Shown here piece after piece: positions 8,371 through 17,847 of a stretch of DNA of 41,846 nt. The stretch is from Pirellulales bacterium (GTDB lineage Bacteria; Planctomycetota; Planctomycetia; Pirellulales; UBA1268): the NCBI GenBank assembly GCA_044355515.1, contig JBIKXY010000001.1, positions 1-41,846 of the forward strand, given 5' to 3'. Position 1 is the stretch's first letter, and every line of letters starts with the position of its first letter. A program made the translations under genes and the position numbers. The notes under the pieces are model-generated. The model made no database searches. It saw nothing but the letters and a program-made list of their open reading frames with translations, and was not told where the DNA came from.

Positions 8371-8865
8371 TCACCCGCCCACCGCGGCCAGCGCCTCGGC
8401 CGCGAGCCGGGCCAGCCGTGGATCGGTGGAGGCGGCCGCGGTCCGCAGGGCGACCGCAGCGGAGCCGGCAGCTGGCCCGATCTTGCCCAAAGCCCACGCC
8501 GCCCGCTGGGCGACTTCCGGCGGGGCCGAGCCTCCGAGCCGTTTGGTCAACGCCGCCACCGCGGCCGCCGCATCCTCCCCAGATCGCCCCAGGAGCGTGA
8601 CCGCCCAGTAGGCGGTGAGCGGATCGGTCGCGGCGACGAGCGAAACGAGGTCGGGAATCGCGGCCGCCGGCGGGGACCTGAGTTCCTCGAGCGCGGCCAC
8701 GGCCTGCTCCCGCACCAGGTCGTCGGCATCGCCGCAGGCCTTTACGAGCGGCACCGCGGCGGGGGCGGCCGCCTCGCCCGCCTGCGCGAGCTGCTCGGCG
8801 GCGGCGAGCCGCGCGGCGGGATCGGGATCGGTGAGCCGGGCGGCGAGTGAGGCGATGTCGGACAT
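8371..8865 (-). CDS. HEAT-repeat protein
   Basis: ATG 8865 (MSDIASLAARLTDPDPAARLAAAEQL...). It contains repeated HEAT-like units: D.D..VR..A..AL, AYWAVTLLG, AQRAAWALGKIG, PRLARLAAEAL. The 27 codons upstream in the track ORF run into repeat copy 2. Confidence 0.7.
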   Translation of the reverse strand: MSDIASLAARLTDPDPAARLAAAEQLAQAGEAAAPAAVPLVKACGDADDLVREQAVAALEELRSPPAAAIPDLVSLVAATDPLTAYWAVTLLGRSGEDAAAAVAALTKRLGGSAPPEVAQRAAWALGKIGPAAGSAAVALRTAAASTDPRLARLAAEALAAVGG

Positions 8866-8929
8866 GGCGTTGGGTGGGGGCGGCGGTGCGATGCTGAGTA
8901 TAGGAAAGGTGCTGGCGTCCGCGTGGCTC

Positions 8930-9086
8930 GGGGCTGCCCATGCCATCTCGCGGACGCTTCCTTCGCGACCGATCCGCCTACGGCGGATCGGTGCCCGCCT
9001 GCCCTCTGGTCGCTCGAAGGAAACCTCGCTTCGCCATCCTGGCTACGCTCGGTTTCCTACCCCGCTCGATTGGCATGGGCAGCCCC
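8930..9086 (+). repeat. MITE/REP-like element, copy 2 (157 bp, with an extra internal hairpin)
   Basis: Arms GGGGCTGCCCATGCCA ... TGGCATGGGCAGCCCC; a T>C change in one arm is matched by A>G in the other. It carries an extra insert, GACCGATCCGCCTACGGCGGATCGGT, that is itself palindromic. Confidence 0.9.
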
Positions 9087-9119
9087 TCGCGGCACGTCAC
9101 CCTCGGAGGAGATGTGTAC

Positions 9120-10037
<918 letters not shown>

Positions 10038-10165
10038 CGGTCCGGGGTCCGCGGCGGGTGCTGGGGCGTGCCGGCAAGCCCGCGGGGCGTAGGGATGCGT
10101 TGATTCAAGTCCATGGTCACAGGGTGTACCAGACACCGCGAGCCAGCGGCGAAAGTCCGAGCGGC

Positions 10166-10194
10166 ATTGACATATCGTCGAATCGCGATATATT
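10166..10194 (+). promoter_or_regulatory. Promoter/operator copy B upstream of sqr
   Basis: ATTGACATATCGTCGAATCGCGATATATT. TTGACA is at 10167-10172, the spacer is 16 nt, and TATATT is at 10189-10194. The sqr ATG is at 10238. Confidence 0.7.
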
Positions 10195-10237
10195 TGGATG
10201 ACTTTCCGGCAACAGTCCTTTTCGGAGGAGCCCGCCC

Positions 10238-11431
10238 ATGGCCACGCCCCGCCACGTTCCCGTGTTGATTCTCGGCGGCGGCACGGCGGGCATCACGGTC
10301 GCGGCCCGGCTACGGCGGGCCGATGCCCGGCTCGGCATCGGGATCGTGGAGCCCTCGGCCGACCATTACTACCAGCCCCTCTGGACGCTCGTAGGGGCGG
10401 GCGTGTTTCCGCTCTCGGCCAGCCGCCGCCCCGAGGCCGACTACATCCCCCGCGGCGTGGAATGGATCCGCGACCGCGTGGCCGCGATCGAGCCCGCGGG
10501 CAACGCCGTCACCACCGCCGGCGGCGAGCGGATCACCTACGACTGGCTCGTCGTGGCGCTCGGCATCCAGGTGAACTGGACGGCGATCCCGGGCCTGGCC
10601 GAAGGCGTCGGCACCCGCGGCATCTGCAGCAACTACTCCGTCAAGCACGTGGATTACACCTGGGAGTGCATCCGCAACTTCAAGGGTGGCACGGCGCTGT
10701 TTACGGTGCCCAACACGGCCGTGAAGTGCGGCGGCGCGCCGCAGAAGATCATGTATCTCGCCGACGACGCCTTCCGGCGGCAGGGCGTCCGCGACCGGTC
10801 GCGGGTGGTGTTCGCCTCGCCGGCCAAGGCGATCTTCGCGGTCGAGAAATACCGTCGCACGCTCGAACAGGTGGTGGCTCGGCGGGGCATCGAGACGATG
10901 TTTCGGCACACCCTCGTGGAACTCCGGCCCGACGCCCGCGAGGCGGTGTTCGAGAACCTGGACACCCACGACCGCCACTCCGTGGCCTACGACCTGGTGC
11001 ACGTGACGCCGCCGATGGGGCCGCCCGACGTCGTCCGCTCGAGCCCGTTGGCCGACGAGCACGGCTGGTGCGCCGCCGACAAGCACACGCTGCAAAGCCC
11101 GACCTATGCCAACGTATTCGCGCTCGGCGACGCGGCCGGTCTCCCCACCTCGAAGACGGGGGCGGCGGTCCGCAAGCAGGCCCCGGTGCTCGTCGCCAAC
11201 CTGCGGGCGGCGATGCAGGGCAAGCCGCTCACGGCCTCGTACGACGGCTATTCCTCCTGCCCGGTGGTGACCGGCTACGGGAAGATGATGCTCGCCGAGT
11301 TCGACTACGACCAGCAGCCGGCCGAGTCGTTTCCCTTCGACCAGTCGAAGGAGCGCTACAGCATGTGGCTGCTCAAGACGCAGATCCTGCCGCGGCTCTA
11401 CTGGCACGGCATGCTCCGCGGCCGCGCGTGA
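10238..11431 (+). CDS. sqr: Sulfide:quinone oxidoreductase, type II (SQRDL-like)
   Basis: FAD-binding fold [14 protein letters not shown]. The redox cysteine contexts [16 protein letters not shown] and [24 protein letters not shown] match type II SQRs. Confidence 0.85.
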   Translation: MATPRHVPVLILGGGTAGITVAARLRRADARLGIGIVEPSADHYYQPLWTLVGAGVFPLSASRRPEADYIPRGVEWIRDRVAAIEPAGNAVTTAGGERITYDWLVVALGIQVNWTAIPGLAEGVGTRGICSNYSVKHVDYTWECIRNFKGGTALFTVPNTAVKCGGAPQKIMYLADDAFRRQGVRDRSRVVFASPAKAIFAVEKYRRTLEQVVARRGIETMFRHTLVELRPDAREAVFENLDTHDRHSVAYDLVHVTPPMGPPDVVRSSPLADEHGWCAADKHTLQSPTYANVFALGDAAGLPTSKTGAAVRKQAPVLVANLRAAMQGKPLTASYDGYSSCPVVTGYGKMMLAEFDYDQQPAESFPFDQSKERYSMWLLKTQILPRLYWHGMLRGRA

Positions 11432-11452
11432 CCGCGGTCACTGGCTACGCTT

Positions 11453-11628
11453 GGGGTTGCCCGTGCCATCTCGCCGGACGTCTTGCGGTGTGGGCTCGGG
11501 GTTGCCCATGCCATCTCGCCGGACGCTCCCTTTGGGCATCCTGCCCTCCGGTCGCTCGATGCGGGCCTCGCTTCGCCATCCTGGCTGCGCTCGGCCAGCA
11601 ACGCCGCTCGATTGGCATGGGCAACCCC
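11453..11628 (+). repeat. MITE/REP-like element, copy 3 (solo left arm at 11453-11482 followed by a full copy at 11498-11628)
   Basis: A solo arm GGGGTTGCCCGTGCCATCTCGCCGGACGTC is followed by a complete unit GGGGTTGCCCATGCCA...TGGCATGGGCAACCCC. It lies between the convergent sqr and porin genes. Confidence 0.9.
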
Positions 11629-11853
11629 TCGCAGTCCAACGATTGACGAGTTGGCAAGCGGCATCGGATGAGATTCGTCTGAACCAACGCCGCGTGCCAA
11701 AACCGCGCACGAACACGGCCGCCCGGAGGTGCGGCCGCCGGGCGGAGGCCCGGCAAGGCGGAAATGGCCAGGGATGGCATTGCCGCCGTAAAGCCAGTGC
11801 GGCCGGCGGGCCGCCAGCCCGCCGGGGCCAGGGATGGCCCGGCGGGCGTGGAG

Positions 11854-13320
11854 TCAGAACTCGGTGTCGAGCCGCAGCCCGAAGGCGTCGGTCATGCTGT
11901 TGCCCACCCGGGTGTCTTCCAAGAAGGCCCGCACGTAGTTGATTTTCACCCGCGAATACGGGTTCAGGTACCAGTTCAGGCCCGCCGTGAAGTCGGTCAT
12001 GTTGTTGCCCTGGACGTTCTTGTCGTTGAGGGTGATGTTGGAGAAGCGGGCGGCGAGTTCCCAGGCGCCGAGGCCGAACCGCCTGCCGCGGCCGGAACGG
12101 ACGAGAAAGAACTCGTCGCGGACCGGCATCCGGGTGTGGATGCCGGCCTTGCGGTCGTAGGGGCGGTGCTCGCCGGTGAGGAACCAGCTGAGCTGGGCCA
12201 TATAGCCGTTGAAGAACAGCTGCGGCCCGTCGATCTGGTCCACGAAGGCGAAGGCGTATTCCGACTGCAGCGACACGGGCCCCAGGATCAGGGCGAACTC
12301 GGGGTCGAAGAGCTGGAACGAGTCGGCCGGGATGTTGCCCGTGTCGACGAAGATCGGGGCGAAGGGGGGCGTGGCGGGATTGGCCGAGGGAGAGCCGAGC
12401 GGCTGGGCCTTGCGGATTTCGGGCGTGTTGCGGAACCGGACCTGGTTGTTCTGAGTGGCCCGGTAGCTGTAGGCGGCGCCGAGGTGGAGGTAGGAGCGGC
12501 CCTCGCTCTCCTCGTCGTAGAACGGCAGCCAGGTGCCCCGCATCGTCAGGGCCTGGCCGCTGTCGAAGGTGTCGTTGCCGATGTTGTCGCTGTTGGTGCG
12601 GAAGGTGCCGATCTGCCAGGTGGCAAGCTCGCTGTCGGCCCAGCCGAAGGCCATCACGCCCATGTTGCGGGCCGGGGCGAAGGTGTCGACGAGCGACCGC
12701 TCCATGAAGGTGTTGTTGCGGTTCTGGGTGACCCGCTCGAGGCTGAAGGGCTCGAAGTAGTGGCCCACGCGGATGTTCTGAATCCAGGGCAGTTCATTGG
12801 CCTCGAGGTAGTTGTCGAGGAAGGCCGGCTGATTGGCCAAGGCGAAGTCCACCCCGAGCGCATACTGCAGCTGCTTCCAGGTCTGGCCGCGGGCCACGAG
12901 CCGGAGCCGGCGAAACTGACTGCCGTCCTGGAGGTCGCCCACCGTGGCGATGCTCTCGGCATCCTGGCTGAAGTAGACGGTGTCGGCCTGGAGCTGCCCG
13001 CCGAAATCGAGCGTGGGCTTGCCGTGGGGCGAGAGCTTGTTGGGCTTGGACGAGTCACTGCTCTTCTCGGGCTTACGCTTCGCGGCCGCAGCGCGGAGCT
13101 CGTCGATCTGGGCCTGCAGGGAGGCGAGTTCGGCCGCGATGCCCTCGGGCACTGCGGGCGGCTCCGGGGCCGGCGGCAGGGCTGGCTCTTGAGCGGATGT
13201 GGACGCGCAGAGCATCACCGCAAGCGCCCATGCGGGCGCTGAAAAGCGGCGGGCGACCTGTGGAACCGCGGGCAAGGGGATTTCCAGGCGGGGTGGCGTC
13301 GCACCGTGCGAGCGCAGCAC
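11854..13320 (-). CDS. OprO/OprP-family (phosphate-selective-type) outer membrane porin
   Basis: Signal-like RRFSAPAWALAVMLCASTSAQE, then an N-terminal coiled coil (LASLQAQIDELRAAAAKR), then beta-strand-rich sequence ending ...AFGLRLDTEF with a C-terminal aromatic residue. The start (GTG 13320) is uncertain. Confidence 0.7.
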   Translation of the reverse strand: MLRSHGATPPRLEIPLPAVPQVARRFSAPAWALAVMLCASTSAQEPALPPAPEPPAVPEGIAAELASLQAQIDELRAAAAKRKPEKSSDSSKPNKLSPHGKPTLDFGGQLQADTVYFSQDAESIATVGDLQDGSQFRRLRLVARGQTWKQLQYALGVDFALANQPAFLDNYLEANELPWIQNIRVGHYFEPFSLERVTQNRNNTFMERSLVDTFAPARNMGVMAFGWADSELATWQIGTFRTNSDNIGNDTFDSGQALTMRGTWLPFYDEESEGRSYLHLGAAYSYRATQNNQVRFRNTPEIRKAQPLGSPSANPATPPFAPIFVDTGNIPADSFQLFDPEFALILGPVSLQSEYAFAFVDQIDGPQLFFNGYMAQLSWFLTGEHRPYDRKAGIHTRMPVRDEFFLVRSGRGRRFGLGAWELAARFSNITLNDKNVQGNNMTDFTAGLNWYLNPYSRVKINYVRAFLEDTRVGNSMTDAFGLRLDTEF

Positions 13321-13534
13321 CCCACCTCAAAATCGGCATAATCCGCACCGCCACTGAAGTCGCCGCAAGTGCCGCAGCCTGCCTGGACTGCCTCTTTTTT
13401 CGTCCGTACGCCTGCGGCTGACGGATATTTCATGCGTCATGAGGGCCGCCATGCCAACACGCGTGGCAGGCGTCATCGCGCAAGGGGGCTTTGATGGCGG
13501 TGGCGGTGCCGGGCCCGGCAATCGTGGGGAGGAG

Positions 13535-14938
13535 CTACGGCCGGGCGTCTGCCTGACGGCCGTTCCGCGGGCGGTCGCGGTCGTCGGCGTGCTGGGGGTC
13601 GAGCGGCAGCCGCCCCTGCTCGACCACCGGCAGCGGGCCGGAGCAGGCCTCAATGAACGCGACGAGGTCGTGCTTGTCCTCCGTCGTGAGGATCCCGCCC
13701 GGAATCCGCCGGTAGCGATAGTCGAGGTTGCGGTTGCGGCGGCCCTCGTGGGCATACCATTCGATCACATCCAGGAGCGTGGCCACGCTGCCGTCGTGCA
13801 TGTAGGGCGCGGTGTGGACGGCGCCGCGGATCGTGGGCGTCTTGAAGGCCCCCCAGTCCTCGTCACGGCCGGTGACCTCGTACCGGCCGAGGTCGGGGTC
13901 GAGCGAATCGAGCCCCACGCCCGTGTTGTGGTAACTCTCGTCGGTGAAGTTGACGCCGTTGTGGCAGGCGCTGCACCAGGCCCGGTTGCCGAAGAAGAGC
14001 GATTCGCCCCGGCGGGCGGCTTCCGACAGCGGGTGGCGCTCGGCCGCCACCCGGGCCGCCGCGTGGCGGGCGGCGAGCACCGCATCAGCCGCGAGCACCT
14101 CCGGCGGCAGCGTCTCGTAGGTGCGCCAGCGAACGGCATGGTCGAAGGGGGCGTCGCCGGTCACCAGACAGTGCACGAACTGGCCGAGCGCGTCGCCGAG
14201 GGCCGACCAGGAAACGCCGCCATACGACGCCTCGAACTGGATCCGGTAGCACTCGATGTCGCGGAGCTTGGCGAGCGTCTCCTCGGGGTCGGCCGCCATG
14301 TCGCGGGCGTCGGCGAGGGCGTGGAGCAGGGCATCCTCGACCGACACGGCGCGGCCGTCCCAAAACTGCCGGTCGTCGCCCACGGCCAGCATGATCCGGT
14401 TGAGCAACGCAGGCGGATTGCGGCGGCCCTCGCGGCCGTCTACGCCGCGGGCCACGGCGGTGGCGATCGTGAACCCATGCTCGGGCTCGTGGCAGGTGCC
14501 GCAACTCACGGTGCCGTCGAGCGAGAGCCGCGGATCGAAGAACAGTTGGCGGCCGAGTTCGATCTTGGCCCGCGTGGGGGGATTGTCGGCGAGATCCTTG
14601 ACCTGCCCGGCGCCGGGCTGGAGCCAGGCGGGCAGCTCGTATTCCAGCGGCACGTGGCTGGCCGGGTCGGCAAGCCACGTGGTGAGCGTCGAGAGCACAA
14701 GCGGCCCCTCGCCGGGGATGCCCGCGAGGAGCGCGGGGTCGCCGAGCTTCACCTTCTCGCGGGGCCCGTTGGCTCGAGGCCGGGCGATGCCGGTCGGGGG
14801 CATGAAGCTCGCCGGGTCGCGGGGTGGCGGCCCGGCGGCAGGGGCGGCAAGGGGGCGGCAGCCCGAAGCGGCGGCAAGGAGCAGCAGCAGGGCGATCCAG
14901 CAGGGGGGCGTGGCTCGAGTCACGGAGGGTTCTCCCAT
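13535..14938 (-). CDS. Di-haem cytochrome c peroxidase (CCP/MauG family), lipoprotein
   Basis: Lipobox LLLLAAASGC. Two haem motifs, CGTCH and CSACH. Conserved segments are LFFDPRLS, FWDGR, FKTPTIRGAVHTAPYMHDGS and L..VI.WY. Confidence 0.85.
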   Translation of the reverse strand: MGEPSVTRATPPCWIALLLLLAAASGCRPLAAPAAGPPPRDPASFMPPTGIARPRANGPREKVKLGDPALLAGIPGEGPLVLSTLTTWLADPASHVPLEYELPAWLQPGAGQVKDLADNPPTRAKIELGRQLFFDPRLSLDGTVSCGTCHEPEHGFTIATAVARGVDGREGRRNPPALLNRIMLAVGDDRQFWDGRAVSVEDALLHALADARDMAADPEETLAKLRDIECYRIQFEASYGGVSWSALGDALGQFVHCLVTGDAPFDHAVRWRTYETLPPEVLAADAVLAARHAAARVAAERHPLSEAARRGESLFFGNRAWCSACHNGVNFTDESYHNTGVGLDSLDPDLGRYEVTGRDEDWGAFKTPTIRGAVHTAPYMHDGSVATLLDVIEWYAHEGRRNRNLDYRYRRIPGGILTTEDKHDLVAFIEACSGPLPVVEQGRLPLDPQHADDRDRPRNGRQADARP

Positions 14939-15046
14939 GATGGAGACGGCCCTGTCACTCGCGCGGCTGGTTTCTCGCCGGGGAACTATTCGCGGGCCGC
15001 GTGGCCGGAATCAAGCGAGCGCAATCGCCTTTGGTGGCGCAGGCTC

Positions 15047-15115
15047 GGGGTTGCCCGTGCCATCTCGCCGGACGCTCGCTACGCGACCGATCCGCCTGCC
15101 CTTCGCTCGCCCGAT
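15047..15115 (+). repeat. MITE/REP-like element, copy 4 (truncated: left arm and part of the core, no right arm)
   Basis: GGGGTTGCCCGTGCCATCTCGCCGGACGCTCGCTACGCGACCGATCCGCC... shares the CGCGACCGATCCGCC insert with copy 2. It ends at the yjbQ stop. Confidence 0.7.
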
Positions 15116-15119
15116 GGGC

Positions 15120-15542
<423 letters not shown>

Positions 15543-15565
15543 GGGCGGGCGGCCAAAGGGGAACG

Positions 15566-15772
15566 TCACTTGTGGAGGATCAGTTTGCCCGCGCGGGTGA
15601 GCGTGAGCCGGTAGATCTCGCCGCGGTGGCGAATGCGAATCTCCGTCCGGCCGGCGAGCAGGATCTCGGAACTGATCTCGAGCGGTGGGGCGGGCGGTGA
15701 GGCATCCGACTCCGCCCGGTTCTCAATGCCTGCCGACCCCTCAGGACCGACGTTTTCTCGCCCCTTCGCCAT
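15566..15772 (-). CDS. hemP: HemP/HmuP-like small haemin-uptake protein
   Basis: 68 aa from ATG 15772. The C-terminus [25 protein letters not shown] matches the HemP signature (I.H.G..Y.L..T..GKLIL.K). Confidence 0.7.
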   Translation of the reverse strand: MAKGRENVGPEGSAGIENRAESDASPPAPPLEISSEILLAGRTEIRIRHRGEIYRLTLTRAGKLILHK

Positions 15773-15833
15773 TTCCAAACCAGTTCCTGAAAAAAAGCTT
15801 GACAGGCTGAAACAGAAACATATCTTGCTTGCA

Positions 15834-15850
15834 GTGAGATTGAATCTCAC
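15834..15850. promoter_or_regulatory. Perfect 8-1-8 palindrome GTGAGATTGAATCTCAC in the hemP divergent intergenic region (candidate metalloregulator operator)
   Basis: GTGAGATT-G-AATCTCAC is an exact reverse-complement pair inside the only AT-rich stretch here. A TTGACA hexamer with an A-tract lies at 15791-15804 on the + strand, and the palindrome overlaps the likely -35 region for hemP on the - strand. Confidence 0.5.
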
Positions 15851-16156
15851 TATCCGGAATCGGCAGCAGCCCGTCAAGCGACGTTTCTCTGCGGAGTTCG
15901 GATCAAGCCAGCCAGCCTCGGGTTCGACCCGTCCGCCAGCCAGCCAATCTGCATGGCACGTTGCCATGCAACCGCGGTGATCCGTCGGGATCGCCGCCGG
16001 CGCTGGCCCTCTCTCTGGCCCGGCTCCGGCGACGCCCGCCGCCTTGCTCGTGGCAGGTCTGTCAGGAGCCGCTCGGCATGAATCTCCGGTTGATTCGTCG
16101 CCGCGGCACCGTTTCGCCGCGGACGGTCTCCACTCCCCCCTCGAGGATTGTCATCC

Positions 16157-17104
16157 ATGCATTCCCCAACCGTTCACACCAATTCCCCAATCCTTCAGTT
16201 GGTGGTCTCCCTCCGTCGGTCGCTCCTGCTGGCCCTGGTTGCTGTCGGCACGATGATCGGGGCCGTGCTCTGCTCTCCCGCCGAATCTCGGGGCGAGCTT
16301 CTGGTGCCCAACTGGCGCGGGGATTCCGGCGCCACCTGGTATCAGTGGGCCAATCCACCGGGTTTCTCCAGCCCGGTCGCGGTGCCGGACAGCAATCCGG
16401 AGGAATACTCGTACGCACCAAGCGATTCGCTCGTACCTGCGGTGGCGCCGTCCGGCACGGCGAGCATGGTGACCACGACACTGCCCATCGGATCGGGCAA
16501 CCTCTATTCATTCACGGCCGATCGGTTCACGTTCTCGATCCCTTCGTTCCTGACGGCCGGCGCCCCGGGCACGATCCTGCTGCAGGCCCGGGCCACGACC
16601 GGCGACCAGGGATCGCTCCTGACGACGCCGCAGTTGGTCGTTGGTGCATCGACGGTCGCAGCCGACCTCCTGCGGCAGGTCACCGTCGGGACAGCCAGCG
16701 GCGATGGCAACAACACCACGGTCGAGGAGCTGCTCTACGCGTGGGGCGACGTCGCGACGGATGGTGGCCCGCTCACGATCACTTTGGACAAGGGGGCCCA
16801 CGTCTCGGTCTGGGCATTCTCCGTGGACACATCGGCGATCATCGCGCCGGTGCCGGAGCCGGCCACGACGGCCGCAGCCGCGGCTGCGGCTGCAATGGTG
16901 GCCGCGGGGTATGGCCGCCGCAGGCTCCTGCGCCGCTGTCGCAAGCAGGTGACGGGAACGGTGGAATCGGCGGCGGAGCAACCCGACGAGGGTTTACCCT
17001 CGTCGAACTCCTCGTCGTCATCGCCATCATTGCCGTGCTCGTCGGAATCCTGCTCCCCGCGGTCCAGTCGGCCCGCGAAAGTGCCCGCCGCGCGCAGTGC
17101 ATGA
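16157..17104 (+). CDS. PEP-CTERM sorting-domain protein; the functional end is expected near 16945, but the frame stays open to 17104
   Basis: ATG 16157. Signal/TM segment [26 protein letters not shown]. The C-terminal PEP-CTERM signal is [31 protein letters not shown]. No stop codon occurs until TGA 17102-17104. Confidence 0.65.
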   Translation: MHSPTVHTNSPILQLVVSLRRSLLLALVAVGTMIGAVLCSPAESRGELLVPNWRGDSGATWYQWANPPGFSSPVAVPDSNPEEYSYAPSDSLVPAVAPSGTASMVTTTLPIGSGNLYSFTADRFTFSIPSFLTAGAPGTILLQARATTGDQGSLLTTPQLVVGASTVAADLLRQVTVGTASGDGNNTTVEELLYAWGDVATDGGPLTITLDKGAHVSVWAFSVDTSAIIAPVPEPATTAAAAAAAAMVAAGYGRRRLLRRCRKQVTGTVESAAEQPDEGLPSSNSSSSSPSLPCSSESCSPRSSRPAKVPAARSA

Positions 17105-17826
17105 ACAACCTGCGGCAGATCGGACTTGGGTTTACCATCTCTTCCGACACGAAGCAGCGTTTTCCTGCGGCCACCGCCTTCGGCAGCACGTTCGCCAGCG
17201 CCTTCACGCAGATTCTTCCGCAGATGGAGGAGACCGCCGCCTTCGAGCAGTACGACCGGACCAAGCCGGCCATGGAGAACGCCGCCGTGATCGCCCAGCG
17301 GATCCCGCTCTTTTTGTGCCCGAGCATGACCTTGCGTCGCGACGCTCCCGACCCGACGTGCGACGAGGTGGGGGCGCCGGCCAGCTATGCCGTTTGCACG
17401 GGCTCAGGCGACGCCTGGCTGATCCCGCACGACGGGTTGTTTGTGGACGAAAAGGAACCGCCGGTTCGTCTGCGGAATGTCTCCGACGGCCTGTCGAAGA
17501 CCGTTCTCGCCGGGGAACTTGACTACGGGCTGTCCAACTACATGCGGAGCCTCTGCAGGACCAACCGCCTCGCGGTGCGTTGGGGCAACACGTCGTGGGG
17601 CATGGGCTACGCCGGCTACTCGATGGCGTCGCTCTTCGGCGCGTACAACTCGGGCAGGCTGATCACCGGTAATCGGGAATACCAGACATTCCGCAGCGAC
17701 CATCCCAATGGCTGCGTTTTTGTGATGGGCGACACGGCCACCCGGTTCGTGGAGGATTCCGTCGATCCGACCGTGCTCCGGGCTGCAGCCACGCGGGCCG
17801 GCGGCGAGGCGGCCTCGCTTCCCTGA
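16936..17826 (+). CDS. DUF1559 protein with prepilin-type N-terminal cleavage/methylation motif; start codon unresolved
   Basis: [48 protein letters not shown] begins at 16984, followed by a typical DUF1559 body ([25 protein letters not shown]). There is no in-frame ATG/GTG/TTG between GTG 16741 and the motif. CTG 16936 is used here only as a placeholder start. Confidence 0.7.
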   Translation: MSQAGDGNGGIGGGATRRGFTLVELLVVIAIIAVLVGILLPAVQSARESARRAQCMNNLRQIGLGFTISSDTKQRFPAATAFGSTFASAFTQILPQMEETAAFEQYDRTKPAMENAAVIAQRIPLFLCPSMTLRRDAPDPTCDEVGAPASYAVCTGSGDAWLIPHDGLFVDEKEPPVRLRNVSDGLSKTVLAGELDYGLSNYMRSLCRTNRLAVRWGNTSWGMGYAGYSMASLFGAYNSGRLITGNREYQTFRSDHPNGCVFVMGDTATRFVEDSVDPTVLRAAATRAGGEAASLP

Positions 17827-17847
17827 CCTATTCTCGAGGACATTTCA

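Noticed and set aside
15850-16157. The long GC-rich leader upstream of the PEP-CTERM gene as a riboswitch.
   Set aside because: I could not recognise any known riboswitch core (for example a B12 box or NiCo elements) by eye; only a single 8-bp hairpin is evident. It is mentioned in the hemP-region finding as something to scan with Rfam and is not called as a feature.
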